Shown: positions 1 to 10,164, counted from the stretch's first letter. The stretch is 64,000 nucleotides of DNA from Thermodesulfobacteriota bacterium (GCA_965223335.1 OZ244991.1:2176001-2240000); one strand, 5' to 3'. Notes: generated by a model from the letters alone, not told the origin. Numbers and translations are program-made.

Positions 1-126
1 AGCGTCTATGACAAAAAAGTCGTGTTCTTGGCCGGTATGGGGTGAGACGCTTACATCCTTTCGTGTAGAGAACACTCTATTTGTTGTAAGCGGCTCTGTT
101 TTTACTCTGTTCCAGGATTTGATCAT
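1..126 (-). CDS. NUDIX hydrolase, N-terminal fragment (runs off window)
   Basis: Manual translation MIKSWNRVKTEPLTTNRVFSTRKDVSVSPHTGQEHDFFVIDA with GGAGG RBS upstream; resembles the N-terminus of ADP-ribose pyrophosphatase-like Nudix proteins; the Nudix box is outside the window. Confidence 0.55.
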   Translation of the reverse strand, partial: MIKSWNRVKTEPLTTNRVFSTRKDVSVSPHTGQEHDFFVIDA

Positions 127-174
127 GGCGTGTAACTATCCTCCGTTAATAGATAATAGTGGGTTTTGTGATTC

Positions 175-924
175 TCAGCGGGTTATCACGGCTCGTAGGC
201 TCTGTTGGGTGTTCTCAGAGTACCAGACCTCGACAAATTCCTTTATTGTGGCTTGGTCGGTGTCCTTTACACTCTTAATAACATCGGCGCGGAGCATCCG
301 TTTGGCACTCGCAAAGGCCTCGGGGTTACGCGATGCAAGCTCTCGGGCCTCTTCGAGTGAGCGGGACCCAAGCTCCTCAGGGCTGCATATGGAGTCTACA
401 AGACCTGCTTTGAGTGCCTCCTCGGCCGTGTGCATACGGCCCTCGTAAACAACTTGTTCCGTTGCCCTGGTGCCGAGTGTGTATCTAATGATACCGATGG
501 CGGACGCAAATAGCGTGGCCCCTATCGCGACCTCGTTAAGTGCTATTTTGGGTTTGCCGGTGGCCATTATCCTTCGGTCTGCGCATAGTGCGAGCAGGCA
601 CCCCCCGGCTGTGGCGTGCCCGTTTATAGCGGCCACAATGGGCTTGGGGAAAAGAAACATTTGGTGCAGCAGGTCACGGAAGCTTAGCACAAACCCGAGG
701 AATTCCTTTTTTTCGTAGCCCAATATCTCGCCTATATCGAAACCGAAGGAAAAGAAACTGCCCTCGCCCCCGAGCATAACCGCCCATACGTCTTCGTCGT
801 TTTCCATACTGCTTAAGTGTGTTGCGAGATCGGCTAAAACATCGTGGTTAAGCGCGTTTATTTTAGGCCTGTCTATGGTGAGTACGGCAATTTCATCTAT
901 TCTGTCTTGTCTGATATGCTTCAT
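175..924 (-). CDS. Enoyl-CoA hydratase/isomerase (crotonase) family protein
   Basis: FSFGFDI, PKPIVAAINGHATAGG, LNEVAIG crotonase motifs. Confidence 0.9.
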   Translation of the reverse strand: MKHIRQDRIDEIAVLTIDRPKINALNHDVLADLATHLSSMENDEDVWAVMLGGEGSFFSFGFDIGEILGYEKKEFLGFVLSFRDLLHQMFLFPKPIVAAINGHATAGGCLLALCADRRIMATGKPKIALNEVAIGATLFASAIGIIRYTLGTRATEQVVYEGRMHTAEEALKAGLVDSICSPEELGSRSLEEARELASRNPEAFASAKRMLRADVIKSVKDTDQATIKEFVEVWYSENTQQSLRAVITR

Positions 925-1069
925 GTGTACGGGACCATGTAATTTGGCTTGTAAACCTATCCATTATCACACCACTAAATAGTTTTTTCAAGAATTACAG
1001 GTTTATTAAAGCGTATTTTGCAGTTAATATTAAGAGAGTAGTTAGATTTTATTTTACGGAGGAATTCGA

Positions 1070-1456
1070 ATGAGAATTAAGATTATGGAGCTTGTGTTGG
1101 TAGTGGCGTGTGTGGGGTTGTTTGCAACAGGATCGTTTGCAGAACAGAAGGGAGACGCGGCAGCGGGTAAAGAAAAATACAACCAAATTTGTGCCACATG
1201 TCATGGTGCCACGGGTAAGGGCGACGGCCCCGGGGCCGCAGCACTCGAGCCCAAACCGAGGGACCTGAGTGACGGTGAGTACGTATCTACACTAACAGAC
1301 GAACACATATTTAAGGTAATCAAAGAAGGTGGTGCGGCAGCCGGATTGTCTCCGATGATGCCCGCGTGGGGCGGTGCACTGTCGGACGAAGACGTGTGGA
1401 ACGTTGTTGCCTTTATAAGGACTGATGTCTGTGCGTGTGAGGCAAAGGCCGAGTAG
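1070..1456 (+). CDS. Periplasmic monohaem class I cytochrome c
   Basis: Signal peptide, CATCH haem motif, GKGDGP..PKPRDL, MMPAWG distal Met; GGAGG RBS. Confidence 0.92.
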   Translation: MRIKIMELVLVVACVGLFATGSFAEQKGDAAAGKEKYNQICATCHGATGKGDGPGAAALEPKPRDLSDGEYVSTLTDEHIFKVIKEGGAAAGLSPMMPAWGGALSDEDVWNVVAFIRTDVCACEAKAE

Positions 1457-1498
1457 TCAGCGAACACCTTAGAGTTGTTGATCTAAAGGAGGTTGGTC

Positions 1499-1687
1499 AT
1501 GGGGAATAGGTCGTATGCAAAGGTGCTCAGGGGCATAATGTTTGTGATTGCCGGAGTAATGGGCGGGTGTGCGTGGTTTAGCCCGGGGACTCCCGAGGAC
1601 CCGAATGCTGTGGGCGCCCCTACTGCGCCCGAGGTAATCCGAGAGGGATACGAGAGCGGTAGTGACTACCCAGAAGAGAATTTCTAG
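1499..1687 (+). CDS. Small hypothetical lipoprotein
   Basis: AAGGAGG RBS; hydrophobic stretch ending in lipobox-like MGGC. Confidence 0.55.
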   Translation: MGNRSYAKVLRGIMFVIAGVMGGCAWFSPGTPEDPNAVGAPTAPEVIREGYESGSDYPEENF

Positions 1688-1801
1688 TGTCGATTGATAC
1701 TCATCGGCGCGTCTGAATAAACCTATAGAGAGCCAGGACTCTTTTGAAGATTTTTAGTCTGATGTTACAATCTTGCCCTTAGTTTCATATACATATATTC
1801 T

Positions 1802-1893
1802 GGAGAGGTGACCGAGCGGCCGAAGGTGCACGCCTGGAAAGCGTGTAGGGGGTTAACGCTCCCTCGAGGGTTCGAATCCCTCCCTCTCCGCCA
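1802..1893 (+). tRNA. tRNA-Ser (anticodon GGA)
   Basis: GGAGAGG/CCTCTCC acceptor stem, CACGC-CTGGAAA-GCGTG anticodon arm, long variable arm, GGTTCGAATCC T-loop, encoded CCA. Confidence 0.97.
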
Positions 1894-1957
1894 GGTGATC
1901 GCCCGGCGTTTATCGGATATAGTTATACGGAATACTTTGAGATAGAGAGTTAAATTT

Positions 1958-2062
<105 letters not shown>

Positions 2063-2075
2063 TTATCGGAGCCCA

Positions 2076-3725
2076 ATGTCCTATTTAGTATTGGCAAGAA
2101 AGTGGAGGCCGGGATCTTTCGACGATATCATAGGGCAGGACTTTATCCGGGATACCCTGAAAAACGCGGTCGAGACCAAAAAGATCGCACACGCTCTAAT
2201 ATTCTCGGGCCCAAGAGGCGTGGGTAAGACCTCAACAGCGAGGATAGTGGCAAAGGCGCTTAACTGCCAAAGCGGCCCTACTCCAGAGCCCTGCTCCGAG
2301 TGCGTGCACTGCAAGGAGATCACCGACGGTAAATCGCTCGATGTACTCGAGATAGACGCCGCATCGCATACCGGTGTAAACGATGTGCGCGAGATAATAG
2401 ACAACGTCAAGTACCTGCCGTCCTCGGCAAGGTATAAGATCTATATAATAGACGAGGCTCATATGCTCTCGCAGTCGGCTTTTAACGCACTGCTAAAAAC
2501 ACTTGAAGAGCCCCCGCCGCACGTGGTGTTTATACTGGCTACAACCGAGATTCACAAAGTACCGGTCACCATACTTTCGCGCTGTCAGCGCTATGATTTT
2601 AAGAAGGTAAGGCTTGGGGTTATGGAGCGTAGCCTCACCCATATTGCGGGGAGCGAGGGCATAAAAATCGATCCCGAGACCGTAAGCCTTATTGCGCACG
2701 AGGCCGACGGCAGCGTGCGTGACGCGCTTAGCCTGTTTGATCAGCTAATAGCCACTTTTGGCGACGTGATAAAGCACGACGAGGCCACCGACACGCTCGG
2801 TATCCTGGACCGCTCTATACTAAGGTCGCTATTGTCCGCCATAGTAGCTAAGGACCCGAAATCGTCACTAGGGCTCATTCAACAAGCCGCCGACAGAGGG
2901 GTTAGCGCAAAGAGGATGGCACAAGACCTGCTGAGGGCGATCCGTGCCGCAGCCATAATTAAGACCTGTGGGGACCAGGACATTGACCTATTGTCAAAAG
3001 ACGACACCGAGGACATAAAGAGACTCACACAGGGTACGACAGAACAAACACTCGAGATGCTTTTTGGGCTTATGCTTGAAGGTGCCGAGGAGTTAGAGAG
3101 GTCGTACTACCCCGAGCTTGTGCTCGAGCGCACCGTGCTTAGGCTCTGTATGGTAGAGCCCACATTGCCCATAGACGATATACTCGAGAGGCTGGATAAA
3201 CTTTCAAAACAGATCGGCGGCGGTACCAAAGAGGACCGATCCCCTACCCCATCTCAGGATCGCGATGAACCTACTAAAGAAAAACCTGCTAAAAATGAGG
3301 CCGCAGAGCCCACTACAGAGGCCAGAGAGAATACGCTTCAGACCGGTGCCGAGAATAGCGAGGAGTTTATGGATTTTATGAAGCACAAGTACAGGTCCTT
3401 GGCCACGAGACTTGATCAGGCCGAGAGTCTTTTACTTGAGGGTGATACTCTAAAGATCGTAATGCCCAAGGACTCGCTAAGCTCGGCGCACTTGAGAAAA
3501 AAGGACAACAACACCGCGCTTAAGCGGGCACTAAAGGAGTATCACAAAAGGGATATAGGGGTTGATTTGAGCGAGAGTGCCCAGACCGAGGCGGCAAAGA
3601 GGGAGGCTAGAGAAAAAAAACTCTTGGAGACGAAAAAAAAACTGGAAGATGACCCGATTGTCCGCGAGGCGTTGGAGATGTTCGGCGGCAGGGTCTTAAA
3701 AATTAAACCAAAACACAAGGAGTGA
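2076..3725 (+). CDS. dnaX: DNA polymerase III subunit gamma/tau
   Basis: LARKWRP, GPRGVGKT, EIDAAS, IIDEAHML, SRC motifs. Confidence 0.97.
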   Translation: MSYLVLARKWRPGSFDDIIGQDFIRDTLKNAVETKKIAHALIFSGPRGVGKTSTARIVAKALNCQSGPTPEPCSECVHCKEITDGKSLDVLEIDAASHTGVNDVREIIDNVKYLPSSARYKIYIIDEAHMLSQSAFNALLKTLEEPPPHVVFILATTEIHKVPVTILSRCQRYDFKKVRLGVMERSLTHIAGSEGIKIDPETVSLIAHEADGSVRDALSLFDQLIATFGDVIKHDEATDTLGILDRSILRSLLSAIVAKDPKSSLGLIQQAADRGVSAKRMAQDLLRAIRAAAIIKTCGDQDIDLLSKDDTEDIKRLTQGTTEQTLEMLFGLMLEGAEELERSYYPELVLERTVLRLCMVEPTLPIDDILERLDKLSKQIGGGTKEDRSPTPSQDRDEPTKEKPAKNEAAEPTTEARENTLQTGAENSEEFMDFMKHKYRSLATRLDQAESLLLEGDTLKIVMPKDSLSSAHLRKKDNNTALKRALKEYHKRDIGVDLSESAQTEAAKREAREKKLLETKKKLEDDPIVREALEMFGGRVLKIKPKHKE

Positions 3726-3729
3726 CAGC

Positions 3730-4056
3730 ATGAAATTTGGCGGCGGTAACATGAAAAACCTGCTTAAGCAGGCCGGCAAGATGAAAGAGCAGATGGAAAA
3801 GCTCCAGGCAGAAGCCGGGGAAAAAACTGTCGAGGCCACTTCGGGCGGGGGTATGGTCACGGTGATTGCAAAGGCCAAGGGCGAGATAGTGTCCATAAAG
3901 ATCGAGCCCGATATTGTGAGCGACGATGATATCGAGATGCTCCAGGACCTGGTGACCGCAGCAGTTAACGAGGCCCTTACCAGGGGACAAGACATAATGA
4001 AGGACGAGATGGCCAAAGTGGCAGGCGGGATGGGACTGCCTCCGGGTCTACTCTAG
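3730..4056 (+). CDS. ybaB: YbaB/EbfC nucleoid-associated protein
   Basis: SGGGMVTV, DIEMLQDLVTAAVNEA; dnaX-ybaB-recR synteny. Confidence 0.95.
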   Translation: MKFGGGNMKNLLKQAGKMKEQMEKLQAEAGEKTVEATSGGGMVTVIAKAKGEIVSIKIEPDIVSDDDIEMLQDLVTAAVNEALTRGQDIMKDEMAKVAGGMGLPPGLL

Positions 4057-4058
4057 TC

Positions 4059-4664
4059 ATGCGCCAAAAAGGTCTGCCCGAACCCATCGGAAGGCTTATC
4101 AACGAACTGTCGAAACTCCCAGGCATAGGGGAAAAGAACGCTACCAGGCTCGCGTTTCATATCATCCGGAGCCCTGAAATCTATGCCACCAACCTGGCTA
4201 GAGCCATTGCCGATACTAAAACCACAGTGCGCCTGTGTGAAAGCTGCTATAGCTTTGCCACAGGGTCTGTATGCGATATATGCTCGGACACTGAGCGCGA
4301 CGCATCTTCAATATGCGTGGTGGAGGAGCCCCTAGATCAATTAGCCATAGAGCGGAGCCGTGAGTTTAGAGGCAAATACCACATACTGCACGGTGTGCTC
4401 TCGCCCATAGAGGGTGTGGGCCCCGATGACCTTAGGATTAAGGAGCTGCTAGAGAGGATCAACAACGGGTCGGTACGAGAGCTCATAGTAGCTACTAACC
4501 CGAGTGTCGAGGGCGAGGCCACGGCAATGTACATAGCCAAGGTAACCAAACCGCTTGGGGTCGAGGTAAGCAGGATTGCCCACGGCATCCCTGTCGGCGG
4601 CGATATTGAGTACATAGACGAGATTACGATAAGTAAAGCGATTAGGAACAGGAAAAGCATGTAG
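4059..4664 (+). CDS. recR: Recombination mediator RecR
   Basis: LPGIGEK HhH, C4 zinc finger, Toprim ATNPSVEGEATA, GGDIEYID. Confidence 0.97.
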   Translation: MRQKGLPEPIGRLINELSKLPGIGEKNATRLAFHIIRSPEIYATNLARAIADTKTTVRLCESCYSFATGSVCDICSDTERDASSICVVEEPLDQLAIERSREFRGKYHILHGVLSPIEGVGPDDLRIKELLERINNGSVRELIVATNPSVEGEATAMYIAKVTKPLGVEVSRIAHGIPVGGDIEYIDEITISKAIRNRKSM

Positions 4665-4730
4665 TAATATTGCAGTATCACAGTTAGTTATGATGCATAG
4701 TTAAACCATTTACTAGGAGGGAATAGTGCC

Positions 4731-5180
4731 ATGCCAAGGATAGGTAGAGCGTTTAATGAGCTTACGGTCGGGGACAAGTTTACTGAAAGTATGACGATCA
4801 CGGAGAACCATGTGGTGAGGGCTGCGGGGTTGTTCAGGGACTTTAATGCACTCCACACAAACGAGCCCGACATGAAGAACTCGAGGTTCGGTACAAGGAT
4901 AGTGCACGGGGCGCTTACGTTCGGTCTTATGGTAGGGGTGTACAGCAACGTGTTTCACGATACGGATATATCGACTGTGGACGCCTCTATACAGTTTACG
5001 GCCCCGCTGTTTATCGACGATACGATCACCATGGAGTGGGAGGTAAAGGCGCTCGACGAAAAGAAGAAGCTCGACGGGGGGTTGGTGGACCTGGGGGGCG
5101 AGGTAAGGAACCAGGAAGGGACGGTGCTTGCAACCACAACGGCTAAACTGCTTGTAGCAAATAAAACAATATTTGAGTGA
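4731..5180 (+). CDS. MaoC-like (hot-dog fold) dehydratase
   Basis: DFNALH..FGTRIVHG hydratase-2 motif. Confidence 0.88.
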   Translation: MPRIGRAFNELTVGDKFTESMTITENHVVRAAGLFRDFNALHTNEPDMKNSRFGTRIVHGALTFGLMVGVYSNVFHDTDISTVDASIQFTAPLFIDDTITMEWEVKALDEKKKLDGGLVDLGGEVRNQEGTVLATTTAKLLVANKTIFE

Positions 5181-5248
5181 TACAGGCGATTAAGCGGCTA
5201 CACGTTATTGTTTACTAATCGGCAATAAGTGATAACGGAGGGATTGAC

Positions 5249-5641
5249 ATGAAGTTTCTACATACGATGATCAGGGTCGGTGACCTGGAGAAATCGAAGA
5301 AATTCTACACCGAGGTACTGGGGCTTGTGTTCCATCGCGAGACCGAATACCCCGACGGGGAGTTCACACTGGCGTTTTTGGGTGAGGGGGGTGAAACGGA
5401 GCCCTTTTTAGAGCTCACTCACAACTGGGGCACCAGCAGCTATGACCTTGGGGACGGGTACGGGCACATGGCATTTGGTGTCGAGGATATATATGGGGCG
5501 TGCGAGAAGATCGAGGCCGCCGGGGGCAAGGTGATACGCCCGCCAGGGCCAATGAAGCACGGCACAACAGTTATTGCGTTTGTCGAGGACCCTGACTCGT
5601 ACAAGATCGAGTTGATAGAGCGCAAAGGAATAGTAATATAG
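5249..5641 (+). CDS. gloA: Lactoylglutathione lyase (glyoxalase I)
   Basis: LHTMIRVGDLEKS, LELTHNW, YGHMAFGV, EDPDSYKIELI. Confidence 0.95.
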   Translation: MKFLHTMIRVGDLEKSKKFYTEVLGLVFHRETEYPDGEFTLAFLGEGGETEPFLELTHNWGTSSYDLGDGYGHMAFGVEDIYGACEKIEAAGGKVIRPPGPMKHGTTVIAFVEDPDSYKIELIERKGIVI

Positions 5642-5655
5642 CCTTGTATCCGGCA

Positions 5656-5694
5656 ATTTCGGGGCCTGATCCTTGTTTGATCAGGCCCCGAAAT
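5656..5694. terminator. Hairpin between convergent gloA and globin genes (probable terminator)
   Basis: Perfect 16-bp inverted repeat ATTTCGGGGCCTGATC / GATCAGGCCCCGAAAT with 7-nt loop. Confidence 0.65.
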
Positions 5695-5749
5695 GCTCGG
5701 TTGTGTTGAGTTAGTGCTGCTTTGATTTATAGACCCTAAGTAAAATTCT

Positions 5750-6532
5750 TTAATTCTCGGCCGGTTGTTCTACTATTGCACCCTTTAGGCTACCCACAAA
5801 ATTAAGCACATCGGCCTGTTCTTGGGCCGGTACATTGAACTTATCAAGTGTCTCCACGAGGTATTTGGCGGATAGCTCCCAATCGCTCTCGTTTATATTT
5901 AGGCCTGCGTGCGAGGTGACCATGTCGCGCCCGGTGTATGTGCAGGGACCCCCGGCAGCACTGCAGATATAGTCTACGGTGAGCTGCTGTACGCGTTTTT
6001 TGGAGTCAGTGCTAAGCCCTATGAAGAACCTGCCGAGCTGTTCGTCGGGGATCATTCTTTTAAAGAAATCATCTACCACAGCTGATATGGCATCATAGCC
6101 CCCTAGCCTCTCGTATAGTGATTTTTGCTCGGCCTCGGCCGCCATCTCTTTATCTGCCTCGGCGTTCTCTGCGGCCTCTTGGGTGGCCTCTTCATCGGCT
6201 GCTTTCATAGAGCCCTCTTGGGCCTCCTCTGCAACCTCTTCTGCGGCCTCTGCAGCTGGCTCAGTGGTGGTCTCTTCCATTTTACCGGCAGCATCTTCTG
6301 CGGTCTCCTCTGCTGTCTCTGTGGCAGTTTCCGTCACAGCCTCTTCAGTTACCTCGGCGTCATCGGTGCCCATTACCTCTTGTTTTACCTCTTCTACCAC
6401 CTCTTCCATCTTTTCCTTCGCCTCGTCTGCAACGTCTTCCTGGGCGCTTGACGGAGCCCACATAAACACCGTGAGTACGAACACCAAAAGCACTGTGCTA
6501 AGTCCCTTTGTGAATAATGCGACTGTTTTCAT
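5750..6532 (-). CDS. Secreted group I truncated (2/2) haemoglobin with long acidic N-terminal linker
   Basis: Signal peptide, E/A/T-rich low-complexity region, then SLYERLGG..DDFF..GGPCTYTGRDMVTSHAGLNI trHbN signature. Confidence 0.88.
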   Translation of the reverse strand: MKTVALFTKGLSTVLLVFVLTVFMWAPSSAQEDVADEAKEKMEEVVEEVKQEVMGTDDAEVTEEAVTETATETAEETAEDAAGKMEETTTEPAAEAAEEVAEEAQEGSMKAADEEATQEAAENAEADKEMAAEAEQKSLYERLGGYDAISAVVDDFFKRMIPDEQLGRFFIGLSTDSKKRVQQLTVDYICSAAGGPCTYTGRDMVTSHAGLNINESDWELSAKYLVETLDKFNVPAQEQADVLNFVGSLKGAIVEQPAEN

Positions 6533-6618
6533 CAGACACCTCCTATGTAAGATATATCATTTATTAACATATATTGTACTACAACTCAATTGGAATTTAT
6601 AAATAACAGAAATTGATA

Positions 6619-7941
6619 CTACTCTTTGTCCTCGCGGCGCTTTTTCCACTTGGCCGAGAGGTATTTCTTTATGTTGGCTTCGCGTCCGATATCGGTGGGC
6701 TCGTAGTACACTGTGTCCTTAATCTCCTCGGGCAGGAAGTCCTGTTCTACAAAGTGTTCGTCGTAGTCGTGGGAGTATTTGTAGTCTTTGCCGTACTCAA
6801 GATCTTTCATAAGATCGGTGGGGGCGTTGCGCAAGTGGATGGGGATTGAGAGCCCGGGGCGCTTGCGTACGTCCCCGAAAGCCTTGCCGATGGCCTTGTA
6901 CGAGGCATTGCTCTTGGGACAGCCCGCAAGGAAAGTGGCAGCCTGGGCAAGAATGATGCTTGCCTCGGGCATACCCACGTAGTCGACTGCAGTGAAGGCC
7001 GAGGTGGCCAGAGTAAGGGCGTAGGGCTCGGCGTTTCCAATGTCTTCAGAGGCAAGGATTATAAGGCGCCGTGCTATGAACTTGGGGTCCTCGCCGGCCT
7101 CTAGCATACGTGCCAGGTAGTAGGCTGCGGCGTCGGGGTCGCTGCCCCGCACACTCTTTATGAATGCGGATATGGTGTTGTAGTGCTCGTCGCCGGCCCG
7201 GTCGTAGCGATAGTGGCGCGTTTGGTAGGCCTCTTTAACGGCGTCTTTATCAAGCTCGGGACTGTCGGTGATCTCAAACGCGGTCTCAAGCGCGTTTAGC
7301 ATCACACGGCTGTCACCCCCGCAGAGTGAGATGAGCTCTGTTCGTGCATCGTCTGTGAGCTGAACTCCCTTTAGCTTCTGGTCAAGTGTAAGTGCGCGTT
7401 CCAGCACCTGACCCAACTCGTCCTCGCCTAGAGAGTTGAGCACATATACCCTGCTTCGCGACAGCAGAGGGGAGATAACCTCGAACGAAGGGTTTTCCGT
7501 AGTGGCGCCTACAAGCACCACAACCCCGCTCTCTACACTACCCAGAAGTGCAGCCTGCTGGGATTTGTTGAATCTGTGGATCTCGTCTATAAATAGCACC
7601 GTGCGCCGCCCCATATTGAAAGAGCTCTCGGCCTCCTTTATTATCTCGCGAAGATCTTTTACCCCAGAAGAAATGGCGTTTATCTGTACAAAGTCGGCGT
7701 CTATCTCGCCCGCAAGCAGCCGTGCCAGCGTGGTCTTGCCTGTGCCCGGAGGCCCCCAAAATATCATTGAACGGATAGAGCCCGATTCAATCATCCTGCG
7801 GAGTACACCCTGGGGCCCTACGAGGTGCTCCTGGCCTATGAACTCGCCTAGCTTGCGGGGGCGCACACGCTCGGCCAGGGGCACAGCCCCGCCGGTGGGT
7901 CTAAAGAGCGACTGCTCGTGGGAATCGTTGTGCTTAGCCAC
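6619..7941 (-). CDS. rarA: Replication-associated recombination protein A (RarA/MgsA)
   Basis: PLAERVRP, GPPGTGKTT, DEIHRFNKSQQ, ISAFIKSVRGSDPDAA. Confidence 0.96.
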   Translation of the reverse strand: MAKHNDSHEQSLFRPTGGAVPLAERVRPRKLGEFIGQEHLVGPQGVLRRMIESGSIRSMIFWGPPGTGKTTLARLLAGEIDADFVQINAISSGVKDLREIIKEAESSFNMGRRTVLFIDEIHRFNKSQQAALLGSVESGVVVLVGATTENPSFEVISPLLSRSRVYVLNSLGEDELGQVLERALTLDQKLKGVQLTDDARTELISLCGGDSRVMLNALETAFEITDSPELDKDAVKEAYQTRHYRYDRAGDEHYNTISAFIKSVRGSDPDAAAYYLARMLEAGEDPKFIARRLIILASEDIGNAEPYALTLATSAFTAVDYVGMPEASIILAQAATFLAGCPKSNASYKAIGKAFGDVRKRPGLSIPIHLRNAPTDLMKDLEYGKDYKYSHDYDEHFVEQDFLPEEIKDTVYYEPTDIGREANIKKYLSAKWKKRREDKE

Positions 7942-8099
7942 AAAAAACAGAGTAGAGGCTTATGTGATAGAAATCAATAGCCGCCATTCACGCCGGACCA
8001 GCCTATCATTTGAACTGGCACGACCGGCACTATTAAAATTTGCACAAATGCGGTTACATTATTGGTACTGCAGGCAACTTAGAGCAACGCAACCCCGAT

Positions 8100-9599
8100 A
8101 TGTCTATAGAGACATCTATAAAGGACCTGGAACTCCTGATACGCTCGCATTACGGTGTGATATTCATAGACACGCTTGAGTCGGAGCGCGCCGATACGAT
8201 TTTGGCTTTGCTTGCCGACCGTATCGGCATCCCTTATTTCAGATGGACCCGTACAAAGGGGCTACGCAGGATCGACACCGATACCAAGGGCCCTGTGTAC
8301 GGCACAGAGAGTCTCGAGAGCGTCCTTGCTCATATAGAGGCCTCTACTCTACAAGCCCTCTATCATATGGAGAGTGTAACGGACGCTATTCAAGACAAAA
8401 CCACGGCTACTCAGCTCACAGATGCTATGAAACAACTCGAAAAAGGAGAAGGTGCCATTGTTGTTACGGGGTCAGACCCATATGTGCCGGACACTTTACG
8501 TGCACGGAGCGCCGTATATACACTGCCTGAACCGGCAGAAGAGGAGTACAGGAAACTCTTGGCACACCTGGTAAGGGACCTGAAATCGCGCCAAGGGGTG
8601 AGTGTGCAGATGAAGCAGGACGACCTAAACAGGCTCCTTGCAAACATAAAGGGGCTCACACTCACAGAGGCCGAGAAGATACTTACAAAGGTGATTATAG
8701 AGGACGGGGTGCTATCGTCTGAGGACGTGCGGAGGGTGGTGGAAGCCAAACAGGAGATTGTGGAGCGCGAGGGAGTGCTCGAGTACTACCCCGTGGAAGA
8801 GAGCATGGCGGATATTGCCGACCTCGAGGGCCTAAAGCGGTGGCTTGCTAAGCGCAGCCAGATAATCACCGAGCCCCGGAGGGCAAGGGAGTTTGGGCTC
8901 GAGTTCCCAAAGGGGGTGCTTCTGCTCGGGGTTCCAGGGTGTGGCAAGAGCCTTTCGGCTAAGGCTGTGGCCATGGAGTGGGGGCTGCCGCTGCTTAGGC
9001 TTGACCCCGCAAAGCTCTATAACAAGTATATAGGCGAGAGTGAAAAGAACTTTCGCAGGGCTATGGAGACCGCAGAGCGTATGTCGCCTGTGGTGCTCTG
9101 GATAGACGAGATAGAGAAGGCCTTTTCCTCGGCCGGCGGGGCTGAGGACGGCGGGGTGTCCACACGTATATTCGGTACGTTTCTCTCGTGGCTACAGGAG
9201 CGAAACGGTGATGTATTCATAGTGGCCACAGCAAACGATGTTACCAAACTGCCGCCCGAGTTTCTGCGCAAGGGACGGTTCGATGAGATATTCTTTATAG
9301 ACCTGCCGGTGGCAGGTGCAAGGAGATCGATATTCGAGATACACCTTAGTAAACGAGGCAAGGACCCAGCACTCTTTGACTTGGATGTGCTTGTGCAGTT
9401 GACAGAGGGGTTTAGCGGCTCGGAGATAGAACAGGTCGTGGTCTCGGGCCTCTATACCGCTTTTTCCGAGAACACGGAGCTTACCACAGAGATACTAAAA
9501 AAAGAGGTAGGGCTTACAAGCCCACTATCTGAGACCATGGCAGAGAAGATCTCGCAGCTCCGCTCCTGGGCCCGCGAGAGGACCACAAGTGCCCAGTAA
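8100..9599 (+). CDS. Ycf46-like AAA+ ATPase
   Basis: GVPGCGKS Walker A, LWIDEIEK Walker B, LPPEFLRKGRFDEIFF; degenerate N-terminal AAA domain; start moved to ATG 8100. Confidence 0.88.
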   Translation: MSIETSIKDLELLIRSHYGVIFIDTLESERADTILALLADRIGIPYFRWTRTKGLRRIDTDTKGPVYGTESLESVLAHIEASTLQALYHMESVTDAIQDKTTATQLTDAMKQLEKGEGAIVVTGSDPYVPDTLRARSAVYTLPEPAEEEYRKLLAHLVRDLKSRQGVSVQMKQDDLNRLLANIKGLTLTEAEKILTKVIIEDGVLSSEDVRRVVEAKQEIVEREGVLEYYPVEESMADIADLEGLKRWLAKRSQIITEPRRAREFGLEFPKGVLLLGVPGCGKSLSAKAVAMEWGLPLLRLDPAKLYNKYIGESEKNFRRAMETAERMSPVVLWIDEIEKAFSSAGGAEDGGVSTRIFGTFLSWLQERNGDVFIVATANDVTKLPPEFLRKGRFDEIFFIDLPVAGARRSIFEIHLSKRGKDPALFDLDVLVQLTEGFSGSEIEQVVVSGLYTAFSENTELTTEILKKEVGLTSPLSETMAEKISQLRSWARERTTSAQ

Positions 9600-9606
9600 C
9601 CTCTGA

Positions 9607-10164
9607 TCACGCAGCTTGTTGAGACATGTCTCTAAACGCCAGCGAGACCATAATCATCGAAACACCGTTTATAAGCATGTAGACACCTAACAGGAGCCCG
9701 AGCACAAAGCGCCCGCTCGCCGGGAACTCGCCCCATATCATCACGCCCAGTATGAGTGACGCGACCCCGCTTATTAGGAGCCAAAACCAGTTGGCCTGGG
9801 GACGGAGCTGAAACGCGTTTACAATCTTAAAGAAGCCCTCCACGACTAAAAACGCCGCGAGTATTATTGTGAGCGTAAGTACACCTGCAAACGGGTTTTT
9901 GAGCAGGAGGCCGCCCACTATTAGGTAGAGCAGACCGCTAATGAATATAAATATGAATTTTTTGAGGCTGCCCGAAAAAAACGAGCTTACCACAGCCACC
10001 ACACCCCCGAATAAAAGTATGAACCCGAGCACGAGGTCAATTGCCAGTGTGACGGCATAGGGGTGCGCCATAGCCGCCAGGCCCAATATTACGTACACGA
10101 TGCCGAGAATAAGCAGCCATGTCCACCCACCTCGCTGAGTACTTACTGTTTCGGATCCGCTCAT
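9607..10164 (-). CDS. HdeD/DUF308 family membrane protein
   Basis: About six TM segments with WLLILGI..LG and WLLISG repeats. Confidence 0.85.
   Translation of the reverse strand: MSGSETVSTQRGGWTWLLILGIVYVILGLAAMAHPYAVTLAIDLVLGFILLFGGVVAVVSSFFSGSLKKFIFIFISGLLYLIVGGLLLKNPFAGVLTLTIILAAFLVVEGFFKIVNAFQLRPQANWFWLLISGVASLILGVMIWGEFPASGRFVLGLLLGVYMLINGVSMIMVSLAFRDMSQQAA

Noticed and set aside
6125..6602. Ala/Ser-rich and Cys/Leu-rich + strand ORFs
   Set aside because: Antisense shadows of the low-complexity globin linker
7436..8179. Long antisense ORFs (also 36542-37210, 49774-50496, 50624-51343)
   Set aside because: Shadows of well-conserved genes on the opposite strand; no motifs
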